64,000 bases of DNA from Thermoanaerobaculia bacterium (lineage in GTDB: Bacteria; Acidobacteriota; Thermoanaerobaculia; UBA5066): assembly GCA_963816185.1 (NCBI GenBank), contig CAWFJJ010000001.1, positions 544,001-608,000 of the forward strand. The letters run 5' to 3'. A model generated the notes under the pieces. It saw only the letters and a list, made by a program, of their open reading frames with translations, made no database searches and had not been told where the DNA came from. The position numbers were made by a program, and so were the translations under genes. Shown one piece after another: positions 12,695 through 22,362 of this stretch (within the stretch, counting starts at the first letter, position 1; every line of letters starts with the position of its first letter).

Positions 12695-14071
12695 ATGCCC
12701 AGAACGATCGCGATCCACAAGTTCGGAGGGACGTCGCTGGCCGACGCCTCGCGAATCCTTAACGCCGCACGCCTCCTCGCCGCGGCGAGACGGAAACGCC
12801 CCGTCGTGGCCGTCGCGTCGGCCATGGGAGGCGTGACCGACGTCCTCCTGCAGGCGGCGCGCGACGCCGAACGCGGTCGCATCGGTCTCGCCCGCAAGGC
12901 CGTCGACGCGCTGAACGCGCGGCACACCGCCGCCGCGAAAGAGCTCGGCGTGCGCTTCGAGGCGGGATCCCTGCGCGAGCTTTCAGCCGCGCTCGAAGGC
13001 GTGGCCCTCCTGCGCGAGCGCACGGCCCGCGTCACCGACCTCGTCTCCTCGTTCGGCGAACGCCTCTCGGCGCCGCTTCTCGCGGCCGCGTTGACGAAGG
13101 CCGGTGTTCCGGCGCGCGCCGTAGACGCCCGCGATCTCCTCGTCACGGACGACCGTCACGGCGCCGCCACGTGCGACCGCAAGAGGAGCGACCCGCGCGT
13201 GAGGCGAAAGCTCAGGCCGATCCTCTCGGCCGGCGTCCTGCCCGTCGTGACCGGCTTCATCGCGCGCAGCGCGAAAGGCGAGACGACGACGCTCGGCCGC
13301 TCGGGCTCGGACACGACGGCCGCGCTCCTCGGCGCCGCGCTCCTGGCCCGGGAGGTCGTGATCTGGACGGACGTGGACGGCGTCCTTTCGGCCGATCCCC
13401 GCCTCGTCAAGGGAGCCCGCCTCCTCCCGCGTCTCTCCTACCGCGAGGCGGCTGAGATGACGTACTTCGGGGCGAAGGTCCTGCACTTCCCGGCGGTCCT
13501 CCCCGCGATCGCCGAGGGAATCCCTCTCGTCATCCGCAACTCCCTCCGGCCGCAGATCCGGGGCACGACGATCGCGTCGAAGGGCGACGGAAAGTCCGGA
13601 ATTCGCGCCGTCACGGCGGTTCCGGGGATGTGCCTCATCTCTCTGGACGGGCGCGGGATGACGGGCATCCCGGGCATCGCGGCCCGGGTGTTCTCGGCGA
13701 CGGCCCGGCTCGGCGTCTCGGTCGTCATGTTCTCGCAGGCGTCCTCGGAGCAGAACATCGCGCTCGTGATCCCGGACGGCGACCGCGCGCGCACCGTCTC
13801 GGCGCTCGAGCAGGAATTCCGCTGGGAGCGCCTCACGGGCGCGATCGATTCCGTGAACGCGCGCACACCCATCGCGGTCATCGCGGCGGTCGGCGAGGGG
13901 ATGCGCGGCACGCCCGGAATCGCCGCGAAGGTCTTCGCGGCCGTCGCGCGCGCGAAGGTGAACGTGGAGTCCATCGCGCAGGGCTCGTCGGAGTGCAACA
14001 TCAGCTTCGCCGTGGACGGGAAGGATCGCGACAAGGCCGTGAGGGCTTTGCATCGGGTGGTTACCACTTGA
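12695..14071 (+). CDS. Aspartate kinase (monofunctional, two ACT domains)
   Basis: HKFGGTS, TTTLGRSGSD, IWTDVDGVLSADPR, FGAKVLH, SQASSE and AQGSSE. No dehydrogenase domain. Confidence 0.93.
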   Translation: MPRTIAIHKFGGTSLADASRILNAARLLAAARRKRPVVAVASAMGGVTDVLLQAARDAERGRIGLARKAVDALNARHTAAAKELGVRFEAGSLRELSAALEGVALLRERTARVTDLVSSFGERLSAPLLAAALTKAGVPARAVDARDLLVTDDRHGAATCDRKRSDPRVRRKLRPILSAGVLPVVTGFIARSAKGETTTLGRSGSDTTAALLGAALLAREVVIWTDVDGVLSADPRLVKGARLLPRLSYREAAEMTYFGAKVLHFPAVLPAIAEGIPLVIRNSLRPQIRGTTIASKGDGKSGIRAVTAVPGMCLISLDGRGMTGIPGIAARVFSATARLGVSVVMFSQASSEQNIALVIPDGDRARTVSALEQEFRWERLTGAIDSVNARTPIAVIAAVGEGMRGTPGIAAKVFAAVARAKVNVESIAQGSSECNISFAVDGKDRDKAVRALHRVVTT

Positions 14072-15135
14072 TGCGAGGAGGACGTCGTCCGTCATCGGAG
14101 CCGGCCTCGCCGGGTTCGCCTCCCCTGCCCCCCCTCTCATCCTCTCTAAGAAATCCCTCTTCCTCTTCTTCTTCTTCGATTTCCGTCTTTGCTCCCGCGT
14201 CGGTCGCGAACTTCGGGGTCGGCTTCGACGTCCTCGGCGCCGCGCTGGACGGGCCGGGCGACACGCTCACGGCCCGGCTCACGCGCACGCCGGGCGTGAG
14301 GGTCGTTTCGATCTCGGGCGACGGCGGGCGGCTGCCGCGGGACCCGCGGCTCAACACGGCCGCGGTCTCGGCCGCCGCGGTTCTCGCGAAGCTCGGTGGC
14401 CGTCGCGGAGACGCTGGACGGCCCGGAATCGAGCTCTTCCTCGAGAAGGGGCTGCCGCTCTCGAGCGGCCTCGGCTCCTCGGCCGCCTCGGCCGCCGCCG
14501 GCGCCTACGCCGCCGGCCACCTTCTCGGCGTGAAAGACCGCAAGGAGCTCCTCGGCGCGGCGCTCGAGGGAGAGCGCGCCGCAGACGGCTCGTGGCACGG
14601 CGACAACGTGTTCGCCGCGCTGCTCGGAGGGGTCCTCCTCGTGCCCTCTTCCGATCCCGGCGGCACCCTCGCTCCCATTTCGCTTCGCGTCCCGCGGCGC
14701 ATGCGCATCGTGGTCGTGATTCCCGGCCTGGAGCTGCCCACGCGGCGCGCTCGCGGCGCCCTGCCGCGGACGATTCCGATGGGTGCGCACACGGCGCACG
14801 CCGGCGCGCTCGCGCGCCTCGTCCTCGCGCTCGCGTCGGGAGATCTCGCAACGGCGGGAGCCTGCCTCCTTTCCGACCGCCTCGTGGATCCGAAACGGCT
14901 TCCTCTCATTCGCGGAGGGCGCGCCGCTCTCGACGCGCTCCTGGATGCCGGCGCGTACGGCGCCTGCCTCGCGGGGGCCGGGCCGTCCCTCGTCGGACTC
15001 ACCGAGGAGTCGAAGGACGCGGAAGAGATCGGCCGCGCCGCGGTCGCCGCGTGGAGGCGCTCCGGCGTCGAGGCGCGCGCCCGCGTGCATCGCATCGATC
15101 GGCGCGGCACGAGGCTCGCCGGGATGCGCGCGTGA
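14071..15135 (+). CDS. thrB: Homoserine kinase, with a Ser/Pro-rich N-terminal extension
   Basis: PASVANFGVGFDVLG, PLSSGLGSSAAS, HGDNV and LAGAGPS. ATG overlaps the kinase stop (TGATG). Confidence 0.92.
   Translation: MRGGRRPSSEPASPGSPPLPPLSSSLRNPSSSSSSSISVFAPASVANFGVGFDVLGAALDGPGDTLTARLTRTPGVRVVSISGDGGRLPRDPRLNTAAVSAAAVLAKLGGRRGDAGRPGIELFLEKGLPLSSGLGSSAASAAAGAYAAGHLLGVKDRKELLGAALEGERAADGSWHGDNVFAALLGGVLLVPSSDPGGTLAPISLRVPRRMRIVVVIPGLELPTRRARGALPRTIPMGAHTAHAGALARLVLALASGDLATAGACLLSDRLVDPKRLPLIRGGRAALDALLDAGAYGACLAGAGPSLVGLTEESKDAEEIGRAAVAAWRRSGVEARARVHRIDRRGTRLAGMRA
14131..14177 (+). repeat. TCTAAGAAAT/pyrimidine-tract dispersed motif (inside the thrB 5' end)
   Basis: CCCCTCTCATCCTCTCTAAGAAATCCCTCTTCCTCTTCTTCTTCTTC. 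Confidence 0.6.
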
Positions 15136-16442
15136 GCGGACTCTCGACGTTCCAGTGCCTCGCGTGCGGCGCGAGCTTTCCGCTCGCCGGATCGCGCACG
15201 GCCTGCGCCACGTGCGGCGGGCTTCTCGACATCATCTCCGACCTCCGCGCCTTCGGGCGAACGGGCGAGGAGTGGCGCGATCTCTTCGACCGGCGGCGCG
15301 CGGCTGCGCCCTCGGAGGCGGCGAGACCCTTCGAAACGAGCGGCGTCTGGCGTTTCCGCGAGCACGTCCTGCCGGATCTCCCGGAGAGCGGCATCGTGAG
15401 CAAGCCTGAGGGCGCGACGCGGCTCTACGCGGCAGGCGCGCTCGGCGAGGAGCTCTCGTTCTCGCGTCTCTTCGTCAAGCACGAAGGCGAGAACCCGACG
15501 CTTTCCTTCAAGGATCGCGGCATGACCGCCGGCGTCTCGTGGGCTCGGACCTCGGGGTTCTCGACGGTCGCGTGCGCCTCGACGGGCGATACCTCCGCGG
15601 CGCTCGCCGCCTACGCCGCCGCCGTGCCCGGCATGCGCGCGGTCGTTCTCCTTCCGGACGCGAAGATCACGGACGAGCAGCTCAGTCAGGCGCTCGCATA
15701 TGGAGCGACGACGCTCGGTCTCGACACGGACTTCGACGGCTGTATGCGCCTCGTCGGCGAGCTGACGACCGCGCGCCCCGTCTTTCTCCTGAACTCGAAG
15801 AACCCGGTGCGCATCGAAGGGCAGAAGACGATCGGGTGGGAAATCGTCCAGGATCTCGGCTGGCGCGTGCCGGACTGGATCGTGGTGCCGGTCGGGAACG
15901 CGGGCAACGTGTCGGCGATCGGAAAGGGACTCAGGGAGTGGCTCGACCTCGGCATCATCACGAAGAGGCCGCGTCTCGCGGGAGTCCAGGCCGCAGCCGC
16001 GGATCCCTTCTTTCAGTCGTACCGGAAGGGCTTCAAAGAGCGCGTCACGCGCGTCGCCGGCGAGACAGCGGCCTCCGCGATCCGTATCGGCGCCCCGGTC
16101 TCACACCCGAGGGCCGAGCGTGAGATCCGCTTCTTCGACGGCATCGTGGAGAGCGTGACGGAGCTCGAGCTCCTCGACGCGTTCGCGCTCGCGAACCGCC
16201 ACGGCCTCGCCATTTGCCCGAACTCGGCCGTAGCGCTCGCCGGCGCTTCCAAGCTGCGCCAGGCGGGCGTCATCCAAGAGGACGACCTCGTCGTCGTCGT
16301 CGCGACCGCTCACGCGCTCAAGTTCTCGGGAACGATGTCCGCGTATCACCGGGGCGGCGGCCGGCTCGCGAACCCGCCGCGCCGCCTTCCGGCGACGCTC
16401 GACGCGATCCTTGCCGCGCTGGACGCGCCGCCCGGGACATGA
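15132..16442 (+). CDS. thrC: Threonine synthase
   Basis: KHEGENPTLSFKDRG, CASTGDTSAA, RIEGQKT and VPVGNAGN. GTG overlaps the thrB stop. Confidence 0.95.
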   Translation: MSGLSTFQCLACGASFPLAGSRTACATCGGLLDIISDLRAFGRTGEEWRDLFDRRRAAAPSEAARPFETSGVWRFREHVLPDLPESGIVSKPEGATRLYAAGALGEELSFSRLFVKHEGENPTLSFKDRGMTAGVSWARTSGFSTVACASTGDTSAALAAYAAAVPGMRAVVLLPDAKITDEQLSQALAYGATTLGLDTDFDGCMRLVGELTTARPVFLLNSKNPVRIEGQKTIGWEIVQDLGWRVPDWIVVPVGNAGNVSAIGKGLREWLDLGIITKRPRLAGVQAAAADPFFQSYRKGFKERVTRVAGETAASAIRIGAPVSHPRAEREIRFFDGIVESVTELELLDAFALANRHGLAICPNSAVALAGASKLRQAGVIQEDDLVVVVATAHALKFSGTMSAYHRGGGRLANPPRRLPATLDAILAALDAPPGT

Positions 16443-16447
16443 CAGTT

Positions 16448-16494
16448 GCTAGCGCGCCCTTCTTTGGCGCGTGCGAAGCACGCGGCGCGCTAGC
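16448..16494. terminator. Inverted repeat between convergent genes (GCTAGCGCGCC...GGCGCGCTAGC with an inner GCGTGC-GAA-GCACGC hairpin)
   Basis: Perfect 11-bp arms between the thrC stop and the FHA-gene stop. Confidence 0.55.
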
Positions 16495-17223
16495 CTAACC
16501 GGCCGAAGGGCTCTCGCGCGCGTAGCTGCGGATGAGCATGAGCGTCGTCGTGCCGATCTCGAATTCCGACCGGTTGTCGAGCTCGGAGCGGGTCACACGC
16601 TGATCGTTCACGTAGGTGCCGTTCGTGGAGTTGAGATCCACGACGAAGACGTGCTCGTCCATGACCTCGATCGCCGCGTGCTGGCGCGAGCACTGGATGT
16701 CGGCGACGACGATGTCGGCATTCGCGCGGCCGATCACGGCGCGCGGCTTCTCGATCTCGAAGATCCGCCCGGAGTCGGGCCCCGAGATGCAGGCGAGGGA
16801 GAGGCGCTGATCGGCCGGGAGGCGCAACGGGCGCGTCGCGTGCCGGTTCGCTCCCGGCACGGGCACGCGGTCCGTCGTGCTGGCGGCATCGCCTCCCCCG
16901 ATCGGACCCGTGCCTTCGGCCGAGGCGGGCATCACGCTCGCGGCGGCCGCCTCCGGCACCATGCGCGCGGGGGCGCCGGGAATCCCGGCGGGGGGCTTGC
17001 GCTTCTTGGCCTCGGTGAGCGCCGTCTCGTCGAGCGCGAATTCGTCGCGCGAAGGGGACGCGGAACGACTCGCCGAAGCGGGGAGAGACACCGGGACCGC
17101 CGGATTCCGGATCTCGAACACCGTCGTGCACTTCGTGCACTTGATTTTCTTCACGGCCGCGCCGCCGAAACGCGACTCGTCGTAATGGTAGCGAGCCTGG
17201 CACGACGTGCACTGAATGATCAC
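16495..17223 (-). CDS. Zinc-ribbon (MJ0042-type) plus FHA domain protein
   Basis: N-terminal CTSC...CTKC. FHA motifs IGR, SRQHA and DLNSTNGTYVN. Confidence 0.9.
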   Translation of the reverse strand: MIIQCTSCQARYHYDESRFGGAAVKKIKCTKCTTVFEIRNPAVPVSLPASASRSASPSRDEFALDETALTEAKKRKPPAGIPGAPARMVPEAAAASVMPASAEGTGPIGGGDAASTTDRVPVPGANRHATRPLRLPADQRLSLACISGPDSGRIFEIEKPRAVIGRANADIVVADIQCSRQHAAIEVMDEHVFVVDLNSTNGTYVNDQRVTRSELDNRSEFEIGTTTLMLIRSYARESPSAG

Positions 17224-17284
17224 GTGACGAGACTCCCGCGCGATCGAACGCTTCGCGTCATTAAAGCGTGTCCCGCCTCACCGA

Positions 17285-18457
17285 TCAAGCCCGTATCGCC
17301 TCGCGGGCGCGCTCCACGGCGCGCGGGACCGCCTCGAGAAGCCGGTCGACGTCCTCTTCGCGCGAGGTCCGCCCGAAGGAGAATCGAAGCGTCGCGCGCG
17401 CGTCGGCCGGGGAAAGGCCGAGAGCGAGGAGGACGTGGCTCGGCGAGGTCGTGCCCGCGTGACAGGCCGAGCCGGCCGAAACGGCGATGCCGTCGAGGTC
17501 GAGAGCCGCGACGAGCGTTTCGGCCTCGGTGCCGGGGAACTGCGCCGACGTCGCGGTGGGAAGGCGGGGGCCGTCGACGACGTTGATCCTGACGTCAGGG
17601 ACGCGGGCGAGAAGTCCGGCTTCGAACCGTCCTCGAAGGCCGGTGAGGCGCGCCGCCTCGGAGAAAAGGTGCGTCGACGCGAGCCGGATCGCGGCTCCGA
17701 GGCCCACGATGGCCGCCACGTTCTCGGTGCCGCCCCGGCGCCCTCGCTCCTGACCGCCGCCGGCGGCGAGCGGCTGCACGCGGACTCCCTTCCGCACGAA
17801 GAGGGCGCCGGCACCCACGGGGCCTCCGAACTTGTGGGCGGTGAGCGAGAGGAGGTCGACACCGAGGGCGCGTACGTTCACCGGGATCTTTCCGATCGCC
17901 TGAACCGCGTCCGTATGGACGACGGCGCCGGCCGCCCGGCCCGCCGCCGCGAACTCGGCGAGCGAGTCGAAGACCGCACCTGTCTCGTTGTTCGCAAGGA
18001 TGGCGGATGCGAGCGCCGTTCGAGGGTCGAGCTCGCGGGACGCGCCGGCCGCGGGGACGCCGTGGGCGTTCACGGAAAGCTCGACGGGCTCGAAGCCGTC
18101 CGACTTGAGCGAGAGCGCCGGCTCCCGAACGGCCGCGTGCTCGGCCGCGGTGAAGGCCACCCTCCGGCGCGACGGATCGGCCTCGCGCGCCGCCCGCGCG
18201 CCTCCGCGCACCGCGAGATTGTCGGCCTCGGTGCCTCCGGACGTGAACACGATTTCGGACGGCTCCGCGCCCAGGACGCGCGCCACCTCGACACGGGCGG
18301 CTTCCACCGCCTCCCGCGCGGCGCGACCGGGGCCGTGAGTGGAGGAAGGGTTCGCCGTCAAGCCCTCCAGCCAGGGCCGCATGACCTCGAGCACCTCGGG
18401 ATCGAGGGGCGTCGTCGCATGGTGGTCGGCGTAGACCTTGTGAGCGTCGGCGTTCAA
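17285..18457 (-). CDS. iscS: Cysteine desulfurase (IscS/NifS group I)
   Basis: YADHHATTP, FTSGGTEADN, NNETG, HTDAVQAIGK, TAHKFGGP, GGGQE..RGGTEN and SAGSAC (catalytic Cys). Confidence 0.9.
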   Translation of the reverse strand: MNADAHKVYADHHATTPLDPEVLEVMRPWLEGLTANPSSTHGPGRAAREAVEAARVEVARVLGAEPSEIVFTSGGTEADNLAVRGGARAAREADPSRRRVAFTAAEHAAVREPALSLKSDGFEPVELSVNAHGVPAAGASRELDPRTALASAILANNETGAVFDSLAEFAAAGRAAGAVVHTDAVQAIGKIPVNVRALGVDLLSLTAHKFGGPVGAGALFVRKGVRVQPLAAGGGQERGRRGGTENVAAIVGLGAAIRLASTHLFSEAARLTGLRGRFEAGLLARVPDVRINVVDGPRLPTATSAQFPGTEAETLVAALDLDGIAVSAGSACHAGTTSPSHVLLALGLSPADARATLRFSFGRTSREEDVDRLLEAVPRAVERAREAIRA

Positions 18458-18627
18458 GAAACCGGACCTCCGGACGGCCGATTGTAGGGTCGCGAGGGGC
18501 TGAAGCGCCGAAAGCTCACGGAGCCGTGCGTCCTGGAGGACGTTGAGACCTGGAATCTGTCTTGCGAGCAGATTGCCAGGGAGAGGCTCGCCGGCACAGA
18601 ATCGGAGCCTCGGCGGGAGGTCGAGAC

Positions 18628-21600
18628 ATGCGGTCGGGCAGGTGGTTCCTGGGAGTCGTCGCCCTCGTGGCCGCAGCGCGAGCGGGCGCCGACAACCCGG
18701 CCCCGTCTGCGACCCCTGTCCCCGCGCTGCCGACGCCGCCTCCGCTCGTCGCGGTGAATCCGCCCGCGCCCGTGCCGCAAGCGGCTCGCGGCCCCGAGGC
18801 GCTCAGGCTCTTCGGCCGTCTCGACGACGATCGCTCGGCCGTCTACATCGCGTCGGGTCCGCCGGACGCCCGCGCCACCGTGCGCTGCCCGGACTCGCTC
18901 CGCGCGCTCGAGATCTGGACCTATCTCGAGCACCCCACGCTCGGGAAGAACGCGCGCATCCTCTTCTACCCCGAATCGCCGACGGGCTCGTACCGCTACT
19001 GGACCGTTCTCGAGGGGGAGCCGGTTCTTCTGTCGCCGTCCGCCAAGGGAACCCTGGCGTCGCTCGAAGCGAATCCGGGAGCCTGCGCCGACGCCCTTCT
19101 CGTCGTCTCGACCGTCAAGGACATCTCGCGGCGCCAGGGCGACAACAACGGCGGCCTCGCCGAGCGCGGAGCCCTCGCCGTGCCGCACATCCTTCCCCCT
19201 GCCGGCGCGAAGCCGGAAGCGCCGGCGCCCCAGCTCGTCTCGAACAAGCCGCTCACGGGGAAGGAGCGCAAGAAGCTCACGCAGGACCTGCCCGAGAAGT
19301 ATCGCCAGTTCCTCGAGGACGTCGATCCGATCATCACCGAGGTCGAGCGCGATACGCTGCTCAAGCTCGGCGAGGACTATCAGCGCGAGCATTTCATCGA
19401 CGAGTTCTGGAGGCGCCGCTCGCTTGCGCCGGACGGCATCCGCATCGCGTTCCGCGACATCTATGAGCTGCGGCTCCAGCAGGCGAAGGAGCGCTTTCGG
19501 AACACGAAGACGGACCAGGGCCGCATCTTCCTGGTGAACGGCCCGCCGGACGGCGTCCGCAAGATCGATTGCCAGGACATCTACTGGCCGATCCAGATCT
19601 GGTACTACGAACGGCTCGAGTCGTTGCGCCTCTCGAAGGTCGTCCTCCTCTTCTACCAGCCGCTCGGGGCGGGGGACTACAAACTGTGGACGCCCCTCGA
19701 CGGGCCGCAGGCGGTCGTCGCGGGCGGACTCCCCGGCGCGATAGGCGCCGGCGCCGCGCGACGGGTGGACTTCGACCGCTGCCCGGAAGCGCGGGACGTG
19801 CAAGCCGCCCTCAGTGCGGTCTCGGCCACGTTCGGGACGATGGGCGCGCTCAAGATGGCCGACGACATCCGCCAGGGTCCGAAGCCCGACGTGGAAGGCG
19901 CGGATCACATCCTCCAGATGACGACCGATCTCCAAGCGGGCACGGTGACGCTTCCGGTCCAGCGCGTGTTTCGGTTTCCGGAGGCGATCGGCAGCCGGAT
20001 GCGCATGGAGCTCGCCGTGCTCCTCGAGCGCGACTCGCTGACGAAGAAGCAGATCGGCGAGGAGACGTTCTTCGACATCGACGTCATCGGCGAGGTCGTG
20101 CACGACGGCCGTCTCATCGACAACTTCCGTTACCGGTTCGACTTTCCCGCCTCCACGATCAACGGCCCGTTCGTGCCGCTCACGGTCGAGCGCGACCTGT
20201 ACCCCGGCAACTACCGCCTCAAGGTGAAGGTCGCCGACGCCAACCGCAACGCGGCCGCGCTCATCAGCGAGAAGCTCAAGGTTCCCGACACGCCCGACTC
20301 GACGCTCTCGCCGGAGGAGAAGGCCGCGCGCGAGGCCGCGAAGAAAGCCGTCACCGAGCTCGTCGAGAACAAGGCCGCGAAGGGCTCGCTTTCGCTCATC
20401 CCGATCGCCCGTGAGATCGCGACCGGCCTCATCCGGTTCGAAACGCGCGCCACGTCGAACGACATCGCGTTCACCGAGTTCTACCTGAACAACCAGCGCG
20501 TCGTCACGAAACGAAGGCCCCCCTTCTCGGCGGACCTCGACCTCGGCGAGCTTCCTCGCAAGCACGTCGTCAAGGTGATCGGGTACGCGAAGGACGGAAG
20601 GCCCATCGCACAGGACGAGGTCGTCCTCAACGAGGGCCGGGAGGCCTTCCGCGTGCACATCACGCATCCCGACAAAGGCGCGAAGCTGGAGGGGCCGACG
20701 CGCGTCATCGCCGACGTGGCCGTGCCCGAGACGAAGAAGCTCGCGCAGGTGGAGTTCTACGTGAACGACCGCCGGGCCGCGGTTCTCTACCAGGAACCCT
20801 TTCAGCAGGTCGTGGACGTTCCAAAGAGCAAGGACCTCGGCTTTCTGCGCGCCGTCGCGACGCTCGACGATGGAACCTCGACGGAGGACGTCCGCTATTA
20901 CAACGCGCCGAAATACCTTTCCGAGGAGAACGTCAAGGCCATCGAGCTCTACACGAGCGTCTTCAGCAAGGGGCGTCCGGTCACGGGCCTCGTGAAGGAG
21001 AACTTCGCGGTTCTCGAGGATACCGTGCCGCAGACGGTGGACGCCTTCGAGGTCGTCACGAACCTGCCGCTGTCGCTCGGGATCGGAGTCGATACCTCGG
21101 GCTCGATGGAGGAGTCCATCGTCGAGGCGCAGAAGGCGGCCGTCGAGTTCCTGAAGGACGTCATGACGAAGCGCGATCGCTCGTTCCTCGTCACGTTCGA
21201 CAACGAGCCGCAGCTCGTCTCTCACTTCACGACGGACCGCGACAAGCTCGCGCAGGCCCTCGCGGGGCTTCGCGCCCAGGGCTCGACGGCGCTGTGGGAC
21301 GCGCTCGTGTACGGTCTGTACCAGTACCAGGGCACGAGAGGGCGGAAGGCGTACGTGATCCTGACGGACGGCGAGGATCGCTGCTCGCACTTCACGTACG
21401 AGGCTGCGCTCGACTATGCGAAGAAAACCGGCGTCGCCGTGTACTTCATCGGCCTGAGGATCGGGACGACGCAGCTCGACGTGCGGCACAAGCTGAACCG
21501 TATTGCGAAAGAGACCGGCGGCATGGTCTATTACATCGACTCCGCGCGAAATCTCGCCAAGATCTACGCGGAGATCAACGAAGAGCTCCGCAGCCAGTAC

Positions 21601-21714
21601 CTCCTCTCGTACGTGCCGCAGAACAAGTCCGTTTCGAACCAGTGGCGGAAGATCGAAGTGAAGATGACGCCTTCGAACCTGACCGCCCGGACGATCAGCG
21701 GCTACTACCCCTAG
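18628..21714 (+). CDS. Secreted GWxTD-domain / Ig-like / VWA fusion protein
   Basis: SD GGGAGG and a signal peptide. GWxTD core FIDEFWRRR...KTDQGRIFLVNGPPD. VWA MIDAS DTSGSM, plus TALWDA, LTDGED and ELRSQYLLSY. Confidence 0.85.
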   Translation: MRSGRWFLGVVALVAAARAGADNPAPSATPVPALPTPPPLVAVNPPAPVPQAARGPEALRLFGRLDDDRSAVYIASGPPDARATVRCPDSLRALEIWTYLEHPTLGKNARILFYPESPTGSYRYWTVLEGEPVLLSPSAKGTLASLEANPGACADALLVVSTVKDISRRQGDNNGGLAERGALAVPHILPPAGAKPEAPAPQLVSNKPLTGKERKKLTQDLPEKYRQFLEDVDPIITEVERDTLLKLGEDYQREHFIDEFWRRRSLAPDGIRIAFRDIYELRLQQAKERFRNTKTDQGRIFLVNGPPDGVRKIDCQDIYWPIQIWYYERLESLRLSKVVLLFYQPLGAGDYKLWTPLDGPQAVVAGGLPGAIGAGAARRVDFDRCPEARDVQAALSAVSATFGTMGALKMADDIRQGPKPDVEGADHILQMTTDLQAGTVTLPVQRVFRFPEAIGSRMRMELAVLLERDSLTKKQIGEETFFDIDVIGEVVHDGRLIDNFRYRFDFPASTINGPFVPLTVERDLYPGNYRLKVKVADANRNAAALISEKLKVPDTPDSTLSPEEKAAREAAKKAVTELVENKAAKGSLSLIPIAREIATGLIRFETRATSNDIAFTEFYLNNQRVVTKRRPPFSADLDLGELPRKHVVKVIGYAKDGRPIAQDEVVLNEGREAFRVHITHPDKGAKLEGPTRVIADVAVPETKKLAQVEFYVNDRRAAVLYQEPFQQVVDVPKSKDLGFLRAVATLDDGTSTEDVRYYNAPKYLSEENVKAIELYTSVFSKGRPVTGLVKENFAVLEDTVPQTVDAFEVVTNLPLSLGIGVDTSGSMEESIVEAQKAAVEFLKDVMTKRDRSFLVTFDNEPQLVSHFTTDRDKLAQALAGLRAQGSTALWDALVYGLYQYQGTRGRKAYVILTDGEDRCSHFTYEAALDYAKKTGVAVYFIGLRIGTTQLDVRHKLNRIAKETGGMVYYIDSARNLAKIYAEINEELRSQYLLSYVPQNKSVSNQWRKIEVKMTPSNLTARTISGYYP

Positions 21715-21721
21715 GGGGGTG

Positions 21722-21745
21722 CGGGGGGACCTGAAGGTCCCCCCG
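21722..21745 (+). terminator. GC hairpin CGGGGGGACC-TGAA-GGTCCCCCCG after the VWA gene (terminator or REP-like)
   Basis: Perfect 10-bp stem 7 nt after the stop. No U tract. Confidence 0.45.
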
Positions 21746-21775
21746 TGGATCCTTCGAAGGTTATCCTTCCGATCC

Positions 21776-22357
21776 GTGTTGCCTCGAATCATCCTGGCAT
21801 CGGGCTCCCCTCGTCGGAAAGAAATCCTTGCGTCTCTCGGACTCCACTTCGACGTCCGCGCGACGGACGTGGACGAGACGCTCCTGCCAGGCGAAAGCGC
21901 CTTCGACGGCGCCGAGCGGCTCGCGCGCGCTAAGGCCGGGGCGGCCTCCGTCGGGTCGCCCGAGGCACTCGTCGTCGCGGCAGACACGCTCGTGGTCCTC
22001 GAGGGTCAAGCGCTCGGAAAGCCCAAGGACCCAGGCGACGTTCGCCGGATGCTCGCCGCGCTCGCGGGCCGCGCGCACGACGTCGTGTCGGGCGTCGCCT
22101 GCGCGCTCGGAGGCCGGATCGTCTCGGGGCGCGAGACGACGCGTGTCGGCTTCGCGCCGATGAGCCCTGCCGAGATCGAGGCGTATGCCGCGACGGGGGA
22201 GGCCGACGACAAGGCGGGCGCCTATGCCATGCAGGGGATCGGGGGCCTCTTCGTGGAGCGCGTGGAGGGCAGCCCCTCGAATGTCGTGGGCCTGCCGGTG
22301 CGGCTCCTGTACCGCCTCGCCCGGGAGCTGGGCGTCGACCTCACGCTGAGGCTTTGA
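21776..22357 (+). CDS. maf: Maf family nucleoside triphosphate pyrophosphatase
   Basis: IILASGSPRRKEIL, ADTLVV...LGKP, DKAGAYAMQG and NVVGLP. Confidence 0.95.
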   Translation: MLPRIILASGSPRRKEILASLGLHFDVRATDVDETLLPGESAFDGAERLARAKAGAASVGSPEALVVAADTLVVLEGQALGKPKDPGDVRRMLAALAGRAHDVVSGVACALGGRIVSGRETTRVGFAPMSPAEIEAYAATGEADDKAGAYAMQGIGGLFVERVEGSPSNVVGLPVRLLYRLARELGVDLTLRL

Positions 22358-22362
22358 TCCGC

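Noticed and set aside
18454-21987. Very long antisense or alternative-frame ORFs (also 7601-10525, 26775-29477, 47835-50042, 55823-58426 and others)
   Set aside because: They are shadows of well-supported genes. Extreme GC3 removes stop codons from other frames, and the translations are Arg/Ala/Gly-rich with no motifs.
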